From assembly GCF_009914755.1 (NCBI RefSeq), contig NC_060943.1: a stretch of DNA of 64,000 nt, one strand, 5' to 3'. The stretch is from the human T2T-CHM13v2.0 reference genome, Homo sapiens. Made by a program: the position numbers and the translations under genes. The notes below the pieces were generated by a model, which had not been told where the DNA came from, made no database searches, and saw only the letters and a program-made list of their open reading frames with translations. Shown here piece by piece: positions 1 to 19,616 of the stretch (position 1 is its first letter; each line of letters begins with the position of its first letter).

Positions 1-715
1 TACCCTCTTGACTCTATGACCCCCACTGCCCACTGCATCCAGCTGGGTCCCCTCCTATCTCTATTCCCAGCTGGCCAGTGCAGTCTCAGTGCCCACCTGT
101 TTGTCAGTAACTCTGAAGGGGCTGACATTTTACTGACTTGCAAACAAATAAGCTAACTTTCCAGAGTTTTGTGAATGCTGGCAGAGTCCATGAGACTCCT
201 GAGTCAGAGGCAAAGGCTTTTACTGCTCACAGCTTAGCAGACAGCATGAGGTTCATGTTCACATTAGTACACCTTGCCCCCCCCAAATCTTGTAGGGTGA
301 CCAGAGCAGTCTAGGTGGATGCTGTGCACACGGGGTTTGTGCCACTGGTGAGAAACCTGAGATTAGGAATCCTCAATCTTATACTGGGACAACTTGCAAA
401 CCTGCTCAGCCTTTGTCTCTGATGAAGATATTATCTTCATGATCTTGGATTGAAAACAGACCTACTCTGGAGGAACATATTGTATCGATTGTCCTTGACA
501 GTAAACAAATCTGTTGTAAGAGACATTATCTTTATTATCTAGGACAGTAAGCAAGCCTGGATCTGAGAGAGATATCATCTTGCAAGGATGCCTGCTTTAC
601 AAACATCCTTGAAACAACAATCCAGAAAAAAAAAGGTGTTGCTGTCTTTGCTCAGAAGACACACAGATACGTGACAGAACCATGGAGAATTGCCTCCCAA
701 CACTGTTCAGCCAGA
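1..715 (-). mobile_element. LTR40-like solo LTR forming the KLK3 (PSA) upstream enhancer
   Basis: Aligns by eye with 18780-19490, 33830-34840 and 39095-39930. It carries AREIII, GATA and forkhead motifs. The PSA enhancer is known to be LTR40a-derived. Boundaries are approximate and the strand is inferred from a TTTATT in a paralogous copy. Confidence 0.75.
472..486 (+). promoter_or_regulatory. KLK3 enhancer AREIII (GGAACAtatTGTATC)
   Basis: Exact known AREIII sequence about 4.1 kb upstream of the TSS. A forkhead site GTAAACAA follows at 501-508. Confidence 0.95.
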
Positions 716-837
716 GCCTTCCACCCTTGTCTGCAGGACAGTCTCAACGTTCCACCATTAAATACTTCTTCTGTCACATCCTGCTTATTTATGCCTAACC
801 AAGGTTCTAGGTCCCGATCGACTGTGTCTGGCAGCAC

Positions 838-2470
838 TCCACTGCCAAACCCAGAATAAGGCAGCGCTCAGGATCCCGAAGGGGCATGGCTGGGGATCAG
901 AACTTCTGGGTTTGAGTGAGGAGTGGGTCCACCCTCTTGAATTTCAAAGGAGGAAGAGGCTGGATGTGAAGGAACTGGGGGAGGGAAAGTGTCAGTTCCG
1001 AACTCTTAGGTCAATGAGGGAGGAGACTGGTAAGGTCCCAGCTCCCGAGGTACTGATGTGGGAATGGCCTAAGAATCTCATATCCTCAGGAAGAAGGTGC
1101 TGGAATCCTGAGGGGTAGAGTTCTGGGTATATTTGTGGCTTAAGGCTCTTTGGCCCCTGAAGGGCAGAGGCTGGAACCATTAGGTCCAGGGTTTGGGGTG
1201 ATAGTAATGGGATCTCTTGATTCCTCAAGAGTCTGAGGATCGAGGGTTGCCCATTCTTCCATCTTGCCACCTAATCCTTACTCCACTTGAGGGTATCACC
1301 AGCCCTTCTAGCTCCATGAAGGTGCCCCTGGGCAAGCACAATCTGAGCATGAAAGATGCCCCAGAGGCCTTGGGTGTCATCCACTCATCATCCAGCATCC
1401 ACACTCTGAGGGTGTGGCCAGCACCATGACGTCATGTTGCTGTGACTATCCCTGCAGCGTGCCTCTCCAGCCACCTGCCAACCGTAGAGCTGCCGACATC
1501 CTCCTCTGGTGGGAGTGGCCTGCATGGTGCCAGGCTGAGGCCTAGTGTCAGACAGGGAGCCTGGAATCATAGGGATCCAGGACTCAAAAGTGCTAGAGAA
1601 TGGCCATATGTCACCATCCATGAAATCTCAAGGGCTTCTGGGTGGAGGGCACAGGGACCTGAACTTATGGGTTTTCCCCAAGTCTATTGCTCTCCCAAGT
1701 GAGTCTCCCAGATACGAGGCACTGTGCCAGCATCAGCCTTATCTCCACCACATCTTGTAAAAGGGACTACCCAGGGCCCTGATGAACACCATGGTGTGTA
1801 CAGGAGTAGGGGGTGGAGGCACGGACTCCTGTGAGGTCACAGCCAAGGGAGCATCATCATGGGTGGGGAGGAGGCAATGGACAGGCTTGAGAACGGGGAT
1901 GTGGTTGTATTTGGTTTTCTTTGGTTAGATAAAGTGCTGGGTATAGGATTGAGAGTGGAGTATGAAGACCAGTTAGGATGGAGGATCAGATTGGAGTTGG
2001 GTTAGAGATGGGGTAAAATTGTGCTTCGGATGAGTTTGGGATTGACACTGTGGAGGTGGTTTGGGATGGCATGGCTTTGGGATGGAAATAGATTTGTTTT
2101 GATGTTGGCTCAGACATCCTTGGGGATTGAACTGGGGATGAAGCTGGGTTTGATTTTGGAGGTAGAAGACGTGGAAGTAGCTGTCAGATTTGACAGTGGC
2201 CATGAGTTTTGTTTGATGGGGAATCAAACAATGGGGGAAGACATAAGGGTTGGCTTGTTAGGTTAAGTTGCGTTGGGTTGATGGGGTCGGGGCTGTGTAT
2301 AATGCAGTTGGATTGGTTTGTATTAAATTGGGTTGGGTCAGGTTTTGGTTGAGGATGAGTTGAGGATATGCTTGGGGACACCGGATCCATGAGGTTCTCA
2401 CTGGAGTGGAGACAAACTTCCTTTCCAGGATGAATCCGGGGAAGCCTTAATTCACGTGTAGGGGAGGTCA
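838..2470 (+). pseudogene. KLK15-like pseudogene fragments upstream of KLK3 (exon-2 tail ~838-852, exon 3 1312-1590, exon 4 1700-1835, possible exon-5 start 2429)
   Basis: Translates to MKVPLGKHNLSMKDAPE, HHDVMLL*L, ACMVPG*GLVSDREPG, VSLPDTRHCASISLISTTSCKRDYPG and MNTMVCTGVGGGGTDSCE. Splice AG/GT sites fall at the kallikrein positions, and stops and frameshifts are present. Confidence 0.85.
1427..1434 (+). promoter_or_regulatory. Consensus CRE (TGACGTCA) upstream of KLK3
   Basis: Perfect CRE within the 12-bp palindrome CATGACGTCATG (1425-1436). A CRE about 3.1-3.2 kb upstream of PSA is known. Confidence 0.75.
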
Positions 2471-2526
2471 GGCCACTGGCTAAGTATATCCTTCCACTCC
2501 AGCTCTAAGATGGTCTTAAATTGTGA

Positions 2527-2917
<391 letters not shown>

Positions 2918-3112
2918 ACTTTTGTCAAATTCTTGAGACACAGCTCGGGCTGGATCAAGTGAGCTACTCTGGTTTTATTGAACAGCTGAAATAACCAACT
3001 TTTTGGAAATTGATGAAATCTTACGGAGTTAACAGTGGAGGTACCAGGGCTCTTAAGAGTTCCCGATTCTCTTCTGAGACTACAAATTGTGATTTTGCAT
3101 GCCACCTTAATC

Positions 3113-3745
<633 letters not shown>

Positions 3746-4154
3746 TTAATCTTGAGGTACATAAACCTGGCTCCTAAAGGCTAAATATTTTGTTGGAGAA
3801 GGGGCATTGGATTTTGCATGAGGATGATTCTGACCTGGGAGGGCAGGTCAGCAGGCATCTCTGTTGCACAGATAGAGTGCACAGGTCTGGAGAACAAGGA
3901 GTGGGGGGTTATTGTAATTCCACATTGTTTGCTGCACGTTGGATTTTGAAATGCTAGGGAACTTTGGGAGACTCATATTTCTGGGCTAGAGGATCTGTGG
4001 ACCACAAGATCTTTTTATGATGACAGTAGCAATGTATCTGTGGAGCTGGATTCTGGGTTGGGAGTGCAAGGAAAAGAATGTACTAAATGCCAAGACATCT
4101 ATTTCAGGAGCATGAGGAATAAAAGTTCTAGTTTCTGGTCTCAGAGTGGTGCAG

Positions 4155-4169
4155 GGATCAGGGAGTCTC
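4155..4169 (+). promoter_or_regulatory. KLK3 AREII (GGATCAgggAGTCTC)
   Basis: Known AREII sequence at about -390. Confidence 0.9.
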
Positions 4170-4376
4170 ACAATCTCCTGAGTGCTGGTGTCTTAGGGCA
4201 CACTGGGTCTTGGAGTGCAAAGGATCTAGGCACGTGAGGCTTTGTATGAAGAATCGGGGATCGTACCCACCCCCTGTTTCTGTTTCATCCTGGGCGTGTC
4301 TCCTCTGCCTTTGTCCCCTAGATGAAGTCTCCATGAGCTACAGGGCCTGGTGCATCCAGGGTGATCTAGTAATTGC

Positions 4377-4391
4377 AGAACAGCAAGTGCT
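4377..4391 (+). promoter_or_regulatory. KLK3 AREI (AGAACAgcaAGTGCT)
   Basis: Known AREI at about -170, with G at the -158 polymorphic position (4389). Confidence 0.95.
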
Positions 4392-4489
4392 AGCTCTCCC
4401 TCCCCTTCCACAGCTCTGGGTGTGGGAGGGGGTTGTCCAGCCTCCAGCAGCATGGGGAGGGCCTTGGTCAGCCTCTGGGTGCCAGCAGG

Positions 4490-4547
4490 GCAGGGGCGGA
4501 GTCCTGGGGAATGAAGGTTTTATAGGGCTCCTGGGGGAGGCTCCCCA
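4490..4547 (+). promoter_or_regulatory. KLK3 core promoter (GC box, TTTATA box, TSS ~4547)
   Basis: GGGGCGGAG at 4493, TTTTATA at 4518-4524, and an mRNA start AGCCCCAAGC. Confidence 0.85.
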
Positions 4548-4587
4548 GCCCCAAGCTTACCACCTGCACCCGGAGAGCTGTGTCACC

Positions 4588-9759
<5,172 letters not shown>

Positions 9760-10324
9760 GCACCCCTATCAACCCCCTATTGTAGTAAACTTGGAACCTT
9801 GGAAATGACCAGGCCAAGACTCAAGCCTCCCCAGTTCTACTGACCTTTGTCCTTAGGTGTGAGGTCCAGGGTTGCTAGGAAAAGAAATCAGCAGACACAG
9901 GTGTAGACCAGAGTGTTTCTTAAATGGTGTAATTTTGTCCTCTCTGTGTCCTGGGGAATACTGGCCATGCCTGGAGACATATCACTCAATTTCTCTGAGG
10001 ACACAGATAGGATGGGGTGTCTGTGTTATTTGTGGGGTACAGAGATGAAAGAGGGGTGGGATCCACACTGAGAGAGTGGAGAGTGACATGTGCTGGACAC
10101 TGTCCATGAAGCACTGAGCAGAAGCTGGAGGCACAACGCACCAGACACTCACAGCAAGGATGGAGCTGAAAACATAACCCACTCTGTCCTGGAGGCACTG
10201 GGAAGCCTAGAGAAGGCTGTGAGCCAAGGAGGGAGGGTCTTCCTTTGGCATGGGATGGGGATGAAGTAAGGAGAGGGACTGGACCCCCTGGAAGCTGATT
10301 CACTATGGGGGGAGGTGTATTGAA

Positions 10325-10860
10325 GTCCTCCAGACAACCCTCAGATTTGATGATTTCCTAGTAGAACTCACAGAAATAAAGAGCTGTTATACTGTGGTTT
10401 ATTCTGGTTTGTTACATTGACAGGAGACACACTGAAATCAGCAAAGGAAACAGGCATCTAAGTGGGGATGTGAAGAAAACAGGGAAAATCTTTCAGTTGT
10501 TTTCTCCCAGTGGGGTGTTGTGGACAGCACTTAAATCACACAGAAGTGATGTGTGACCTTGTGTATGAAGTATTTCCAACTAAGGAAGCTCACCTGAGCC
10601 TTAGTGTCCAGAGTTTTTATTGGGGGTCTGTAGGATAGGCATGGAGTACTGGAATAGCTGACCTTAACTTCTCAGACCTGAGGTTCCCAAGAGTTCAAGC
10701 AGATACAGCATGGCCTAGAGCCTCAGATGTACAAAAACAGGCATTCATCATGAATCGCACTGTTAGCATGAATCATCTGGCACGGCCCAAGGCCCCAGGT
10801 ATACCAAGGCACTTGGGCCGAATGTTCCAAGGGATTAAATGTCATCTCCCAGGAGTTATT
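10325..10860 (-). mobile_element. MER21-like LTR relic overlapping the KLK3 3' end
   Basis: Colinear similarity to the better preserved copy at 17740-18330. Confidence 0.65.
10375..10380 (+). terminator. KLK3 polyadenylation signal AATAAA
   Basis: AATAAA followed by GT-rich sequence, about 620 nt after the stop codon. Confidence 0.9.
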
Positions 10861-11697
10861 CAAGGGTGAGCCCTGTACTTGGAACGTTCAGGCTTTGAGC
10901 AGTGCAGGGCTGCTGAGTCAACCTTTTACTGTACAGGGGGGTGAGGGAAAGGGAGAAGATGAGGAAACCGCCTAGGGATCTGGTTCTGTCTTGTGGCCAA
11001 GTGGACCATGGGGCTATCCCAAGAAGGAGGAATTCAGAAATAGGGGAAGGTTGAGGAAGGACACTGAACTCAAAGGGGATACAGTGATTGGTTTATTTGT
11101 CTTCTCTTCACAACATTGGTGCTGGAGGAATTCCCACCCTGAGGTTATGAAGATGTCTGAACACCCAACACATAGCACTGGAGATATGAGCTCGACAAGA
11201 GTTTCTCAGCCACAGAGATTCACAGCCTAGGGCAGGAGGACACTGTACACCAGGCAGAATGACATGGGAATTGCGCTCACGATTGGCTTGAAGAAGCAAG
11301 GACTGTGGGAGGTGGGCTTTGTAGTAACAAGAGGGCAGGGTGAACTCTGATTCCCATGGGGGAATGTGATGGTCCTGTTACAAATTTTTCAAGCTGGCAG
11401 GGAATAAAACCCATTACGGTGAGGACCTGTGGAGGGCGGCTGCCCCAACTGATAAAGGAAATAGCCAGGTGGGGGCCTTTCCCATTGTAGGGGGGACATA
11501 TCTGGCAATAGAAGCCTTTGAGACCCTTTAGGGTACAAGTACTGAGGCAGCAAATAAAATGAAATCTTATTTTTCAACTTTATACTGCATGGGTGTGAAG
11601 ATATATTTGTTTCTGTACAGGGGGTGAGGGAAAGGAGGGGAGGAGGAAAGTTCCTGGAGGTCTGGTTTGGTCTTGTGATCCAGGGGGTCTTGGAACT

Positions 11698-12135
11698 ATT
11701 TAAATTAAATTAAATTAAAACAAGCGACTGTTTTAAATTAAATTAAATTAAATTAAATTAAATTAAATTAAATTTTACTTTATTTTATCTTAAGTTCTGG
11801 GCTACATGTGCAGGACGTGCAGCTTTGTTACATAGGTAAACATGTGCCATGGTGGTTTGCTGTACCTATCAACCCATCACCTAGGTATTAAGCCCAGCAT
11901 GCATTAGCTGTTTTTCCTGACGCTCTCCCTCTCCCTGACTCCCACAACAGGCCCCAGTGTGTGTTGTTCCCCTCCCTGTGTCCATGTGTTCTCATTGTTC
12001 AGCTCCCACTTATAAGTGAGAACATGTGGTGTTTGGTTTTCTGTTTCTGTGTTAGTTTGCTGAGGATAATGGCTTCCACCTCCATCCATGTTCCTGCAAA
12101 GGACGTGATCTTATTCTTTTTTATGGTTGCATAGA
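11698..12135 (-). mobile_element. L1PA 3' end with a (TAAAT)n tail-derived repeat
   Basis: Reverse L1 3'UTR (catgtgcaggacgtgcag...cccacttataagtgagaacatg) preceded by (TAAAT)n at 11698-11772. Confidence 0.85.
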
Positions 12136-12797
12136 AATTGTTTTTACAAATCCAATTGATATTGTATTTAATTACAAGTTAATCTAATTAGCATACTAGA
12201 AGAGATTACAGAAGATATTAGGTACATTGAATGAGAAAATATATAAAATAGGACGAAGGTGAAATATTAGGTAGGAAAAGTATAATAGTTGAAAGAAGTA
12301 AAAAAAAATATGCATGAGTAGCAGAATGTAAAAGAGGTGAAGAACGTAATAGTGACTTTTTAGACCAGATTGAAGGACAGAGACAGAAAAATTTTAAGGA
12401 ATTGCTAAACCATGTGAGTGTTAGAAGTACAGTCAATAACATTAAAGCCTCAGGAGGAGAAAAGAATAGGAAAGGAGGAAATATGTGAATAAATAGTAGA
12501 GACATGTTTGATGGATTTTAAAATATTTGAAAGACCTCACATCAAAGGATTCATACCGTGCCATTGAAGAGGAAGATGGAAAAGCCAAGAAGCCAGATGA
12601 AAGTTAGAAATATTATTGGCAAAGCTTAAATGTTAAAAGTCCTAGAGAGAAAGGATGGCAGAAATATTGGCGGGAAAGAATGCAGAACCTAGAATATAAA
12701 TTCATCCCAACAGTTTGGTAGTGTGCAGCTGTAGCCTTTTCTAGATAATACACTATTGTCATACATCGCTTAAGCGAGTGTAAAATGGTCTCCTCAC

Positions 12798-13105
12798 TTT
12801 ATTTATTTATATATTTATTTAGTTTTGAGATGGAGCCTCGCTCTGTCTCCTAGGCTGGAGTGCAATAGTGCGATACCACTCACTGCAACCTCTGCCTCCT
12901 CTGTTCAAGTGATTTTCTTACCTCAGCCTCCCGAGTAGCTGGGATTACAGGTGCGTGCCACCACACCCGGCTAATTTTTGTATTTTTTGTAGAGACGGGG
13001 TTTTGCCATGTTGGCCAGGCTGGTCTTGAACTCCTGACATCAGGTGATCCACCTGCCTTGGCCTCCTAAAGTGCTGGGATTACAGGCATGAGCCACCGTG
13101 CCCAA
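12798..13105 (-). mobile_element. Alu
   Basis: Reverse Alu consensus. Confidence 0.95.
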
Positions 13106-13119
13106 TCACTTTATTTATT

Positions 13120-14900
<1,781 letters not shown>

Positions 14901-14909
14901 TACTCTCAT

Positions 14910-15431
<522 letters not shown>

Positions 15432-16231
15432 TAATGGCAAATCTTTGGCGTGGCTTGGCTTCAAGACTTTAGGCTCTTAAAAGTCGAATCCAAAATTTTT
15501 TATAAAAGCTCCAGCTAAGCTACCTTAAAAGGGGCCTGTATGGCTGATCACTCTTCTTGCTATACTTTACACAAATAAACAGGCCAAATATAATGAGGCC
15601 AAAATTTATTTTGCAAATAAATTGGTCCTGCTATGATTTACTCTTGGTAAGAACAGGGAAAATAGAGAAAAATTTAGATTGCATCTGACCTTTTTTTCTG
15701 AATTTTTATATGTGCCTACAATTTGAGCTAAATCCTGAATTATTTTCTGGTTGCAAAAACTCTCTAAAGAAGAACTTGGTTTTCATTGTCTTCGTGACAC
15801 ATTTATCTGGCTCTTTACTAGAACAGTTTTCTTGTTTTTGGTGTTCTAGCTTGTGTGCCTTACAGTTCTACTCTTCAAATTATTGTTATGTGTATCTCAT
15901 AGTTTTCCTTCTTTTGAGAAAACTGAAGCCATGGTATTCTGAGGACTAGAGATGACTCAACACAGCTGGTGAATCTCCTCATATGCAATCCACTGGGCTT
16001 GATCTGCTTCAGATTGCTGATGCACTGCTGCTAAAGCTATACATTTAAAACCCTCACTAAAGGATCAGGGACCATCATGGAAGAGGAGGAAACATGAAAT
16101 TGTAAGAGCCAGATTCGGGGGGTAGAGTGTGGAGGTCAGAGCAACTCCACCTTGAATAAGAAGGTAAAGCAACCTATCCTGAAAGCTAACCTGCCATGGT
16201 GGCTTCTGATTAACCCCTGTTCTGGGAAGAC

Positions 16232-16624
16232 TGACAGTTTGGGTCTGTGTCATTGCCCAAATCTCATGTTAAATTGTAATCCCCAGTGTTCGGAGGTGGG
16301 ACTTGGTGGTAGGTGATTCGGTCATGGGAGTAGATTTTCTTCTTTGTGGTGTTACAGTGATAGTGAGTGAGTTCTCGTGAGATCTGGTCATTTAAAAGTG
16401 TGTGGCCCCTCCCCTCCCTCTCTTGGTCCTCCTACTGCCATGTAAGATACCTGCTCCTGCTTTGCCTTCTACCATAAGTAAAAGCCCCCTGAGGCCTCCC
16501 CAGAAGCAGATGCCACCATGCTTCCTGTACAGCCTGCAGAACCATCAGCCAATTAAACCTCTTTTCTGTATAAATTACCAGTCTTGAGTATTTCTTTACA
16601 GCAGTGTGAGAACGGACTAATACA
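16232..16624 (+). mobile_element. MaLR solo LTR (MST-like)
   Basis: caaatctcatgttaaattgtaatcccc ... aattaaacctcttt ... gaacggactaataca. Confidence 0.85.
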
Positions 16625-17739
16625 AGGATCTCCAAAATTCCAAGTTTATGTATTCTTTCTTGCCAAATAGCAGGTATTTACCATAAATCCTGTCCTTAGG
16701 TCAAACAACCTTGATGGCATCGTACTTCAATTGTCTTACACATTCCTTCTGAATGACTCCTCCCCTATGGCATATAAGCCCTGGGTCTTGGGGGATAATG
16801 GCAGAGGGGTCCACCATCTTGTCTGGCTGCCACCTGAGACACAGACATGGCTTCTGTTGGTAAGTCTCTATTAAATGTTTCTTTCTAAGAAACTGGATTT
16901 GTCAGCTTGTTTCTTTGGACTCTCAGCTTCCTCAGACTTTGGGGTAGGTTGCACAACCCTGCCCACCATGAAACAAATGTTTAATATGATAAATATGGAT
17001 AGATATAATCCACATAAATAAAAGCTCTTGGAGGGCCCTCAATAATTGTTAAGAGTGTAAATGTGTCCAAAGATGGAAAATGTTTGAGAACTACTGTCCC
17101 AGAGATTTTCCTGAGTTCTAGAGTGTGGGAATATAGAACCTGGAGCTTGGCTTCTTCAGCCTAGAATCAGGAGTATGGGGCTGAAGTCTGAAGCTTGGCT
17201 TCAGCAGTTTGGGGTTGGCTTCCGGAGCACATATTTGACATGTTGCGACTGTGGTTTGGGGTTTGGTATTTGCTCTGAATCCTAATGTCTGTCCTTGAGG
17301 CATCTAGAATCTGAAATCTGTGGTCAGAATTCTATTATCTTGAGTAGGACATCTCCAGTCCTGGTTCTGCCTTCTAGGGCTGGAGTCTGTAGTCAGTGAC
17401 CCGGTCTGGCATTTCAACTTCATATACAGTGGGCTATCTTTTGGTCCATGTTTCAACCAAACAACCGAATAAACCATTAGAACCTTTCCCCACTTCCCTA
17501 GCTGCAATGTTAAACCTAGGATTTCTGTTTAATAGGTTCATATGAATAATTTCAGCCTGATCCAACTTTACATTCCTTCTACCGTTATTCTACACCCACC
17601 TTAAAAATGCATTCCCAATATATTCCCTGGATTCTACCTATATATGGTAATCCTGGCTTTGCCAGTTTCTAGTGCATTAACATACCTGATTTACATTCTT
17701 TTACTTTAAAGTGGAAATAAGAGTCCCTCTGCAGAGTTC

Positions 17740-18330
17740 AGGAGTTCTCAAGATGGCCCTTACTTCTGACATCAATTGAGATTTCAAGGGAGTCACCAAG
17801 ATCATCCTCAGGTTCAGTGATTGCTGGTAGCCCTCATATAACTCAATGAAAGCTGTTATGCTCATGGCTATGGTTTATTACAGCAAAAGAATAGAGATGA
17901 AAATCTAGCAAGGGAAGAGTTGCATGGGGCAAAGACAAGGAGAGCTCCAAGTGCAGAGATTCCTGTTGTTTTCTCCCAGTGGTGTCATGGAAAGCAGTAT
18001 CTTCTCCATACAATGATGTGTGATAATATTCAGTGTATTGCCAATCAGGGAACTCAACTGAGCCTTGATTATATTGGAGCTTGGTTGCACAGACATGTCG
18101 ACCACCTTCATGGCTGAACTTTAGTACTTAGCCCCTCCAGACGTCTACAGCTGATAGGCTGTAACCCAACATTGTCACCATAAATCACATTGTTAGACTA
18201 TCCAGTGTGGCCCAAGCTCCCGTGTAAACACAGGCACTCTAAACAGGCAGGATATTTCAAAAGCTTAGAGATGACCTCTCAGGAGCTGAATGCAAAGACC
18301 TGGCCTCTTTGGGCAAGGAGAATCCTTTAC
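17740..18330 (-). mobile_element. MER21-like LTR
   Basis: aaagctgttatgctcatggctatggtttattacagc and ccataaatcacattgttagactatccagtgtggcccaag motifs. Confidence 0.65.
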
Positions 18331-18779
18331 TGCACACTCTCCTTCACAGGGTTATTGTGAGGATCAAATGTGGTCATGTGTGTGAGACACCAGCACATGT
18401 CTGGCTGTGGAGAGTGACTTCTATGTGTGCTAACATTGCTGAGTGCTAAGAAAGTATTAGGCATGGCTTTCAGCACTCACAGATGCTCATCTAATCCTCA
18501 CAACATGGCTACAGGGTGGGCACTACTAGCCTCATTTGACAGAGGAAAGGACTGTGGATAAGAAGGGGGTGACCAATAGGTCAGAGTCATTCTGGATGCA
18601 AGGGGCTCCAGAGGACCATGATTAGACATTGTCTGCAGAGAAATTATGGCTGGATGTCTCTGCCCCGGAAAGGGGGATGCACTTTCCTTGACCCCCTATC
18701 TCAGATCTTGACTTTGAGGTTATCTCAGACTTCCTCTATGATACCAGGAGCCCATCATAATCTCTCTGTGCCCTCTCCC

Positions 18780-19490
18780 CTTCCTCAGTCTTACTGCCCA
18801 CTCTTCCCAGCTCCATCTCCAGCTGGCCAGGTGTAGCCACAGTACCTAACTCTTTGCAGAGAACTATAAATGTGTATCCTACAGGGGAGAAAAAAAAAAG
18901 AACTCTGAAAGAGCTGACATTTTACCGACTTGCAAACACATAAGCTAACCTGCCAGTTTTGTGCTGGTAGAACTCATGAGACTCCTGGGTCAGAGGCAAA
19001 AGATTTTATTACCCACAGCTAAGGAGGCAGCATGAACTTTGTGTTCACATTTGTTCACTTTGCCCCCCAATTCATATGGGATGATCAGAGCAGTTCAGGT
19101 GGATGGACACAGGGGTTTGTGGCAAAGGTGAGCAACCTAGGCTTAGAAATCCTCAATCTTATAAGAAGGTACCAGCAAACTTGTCCAGTCTTTGTATCTG
19201 ACGGAGATATTATCTTTATAATTGGGTTGAAAGCAGACCTACTCTGGAGGAACATATTGTATTTATTGTCCTGAACAGTAAACAAATCTGCTGTAAAATA
19301 GACGTTAACTTTATTATCTAAGGCAGTAAGCAAACCTAGATCTGAAGGCGATACCATCTTGCAAGGCTATCTGCTGTACAAATATGCTTGAAAAGATGGT
19401 CCAGAAAAGAAAACGGTATTATTGCCTTTGCTCAGAAGACACACAGAAACATAAGAGAACCATGGAAAATTGTCTCCCAACACTGTTCAC
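18780..19490 (-). mobile_element. LTR40-like element forming the KLK2 upstream enhancer
   Basis: Paralog of 1-715. Confidence 0.75.
19249..19263 (+). promoter_or_regulatory. KLK2 enhancer ARE (GGAACAtatTGTATT)
   Basis: Differs from KLK3 AREIII at one base and lies about 3.8 kb upstream of the TSS. Confidence 0.9.
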
Positions 19491-19616
19491 CCAGAGCCTT
19501 CCACTCTTGTCTGCAGGACAGTCTTAACATCCCATCATTAGTGTGTCTACCACATCTGGCTTCACTGTGCCTAACCAAGATTTCTAGGTCCAGTTCCCCA
19601 CCATGTTTGGCAGTGC

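Noticed and set aside
4210-4587. N-terminal extensions of the KLK3/KLK2 exon-1 ORFs (also 22893)
   Set aside because: They have non-ATG starts upstream of the TATA box and TSS.
11698-11772. Hairpin within (TAAAT)n
   Set aside because: A short AT-rich stem in an L1 tail is expected by chance.
17100-17420. TCTAGA/CTGGA-rich tract resembling 48500-49060
   Set aside because: Only compositional similarity is visible, and no colinear alignment could be established by eye.
18600-18800. Search for a KLK15 exon-1 relic ahead of the LTR40 copies
   Set aside because: No convincing signal-peptide exon was found here or at 33480-33830 or 38850-39090.
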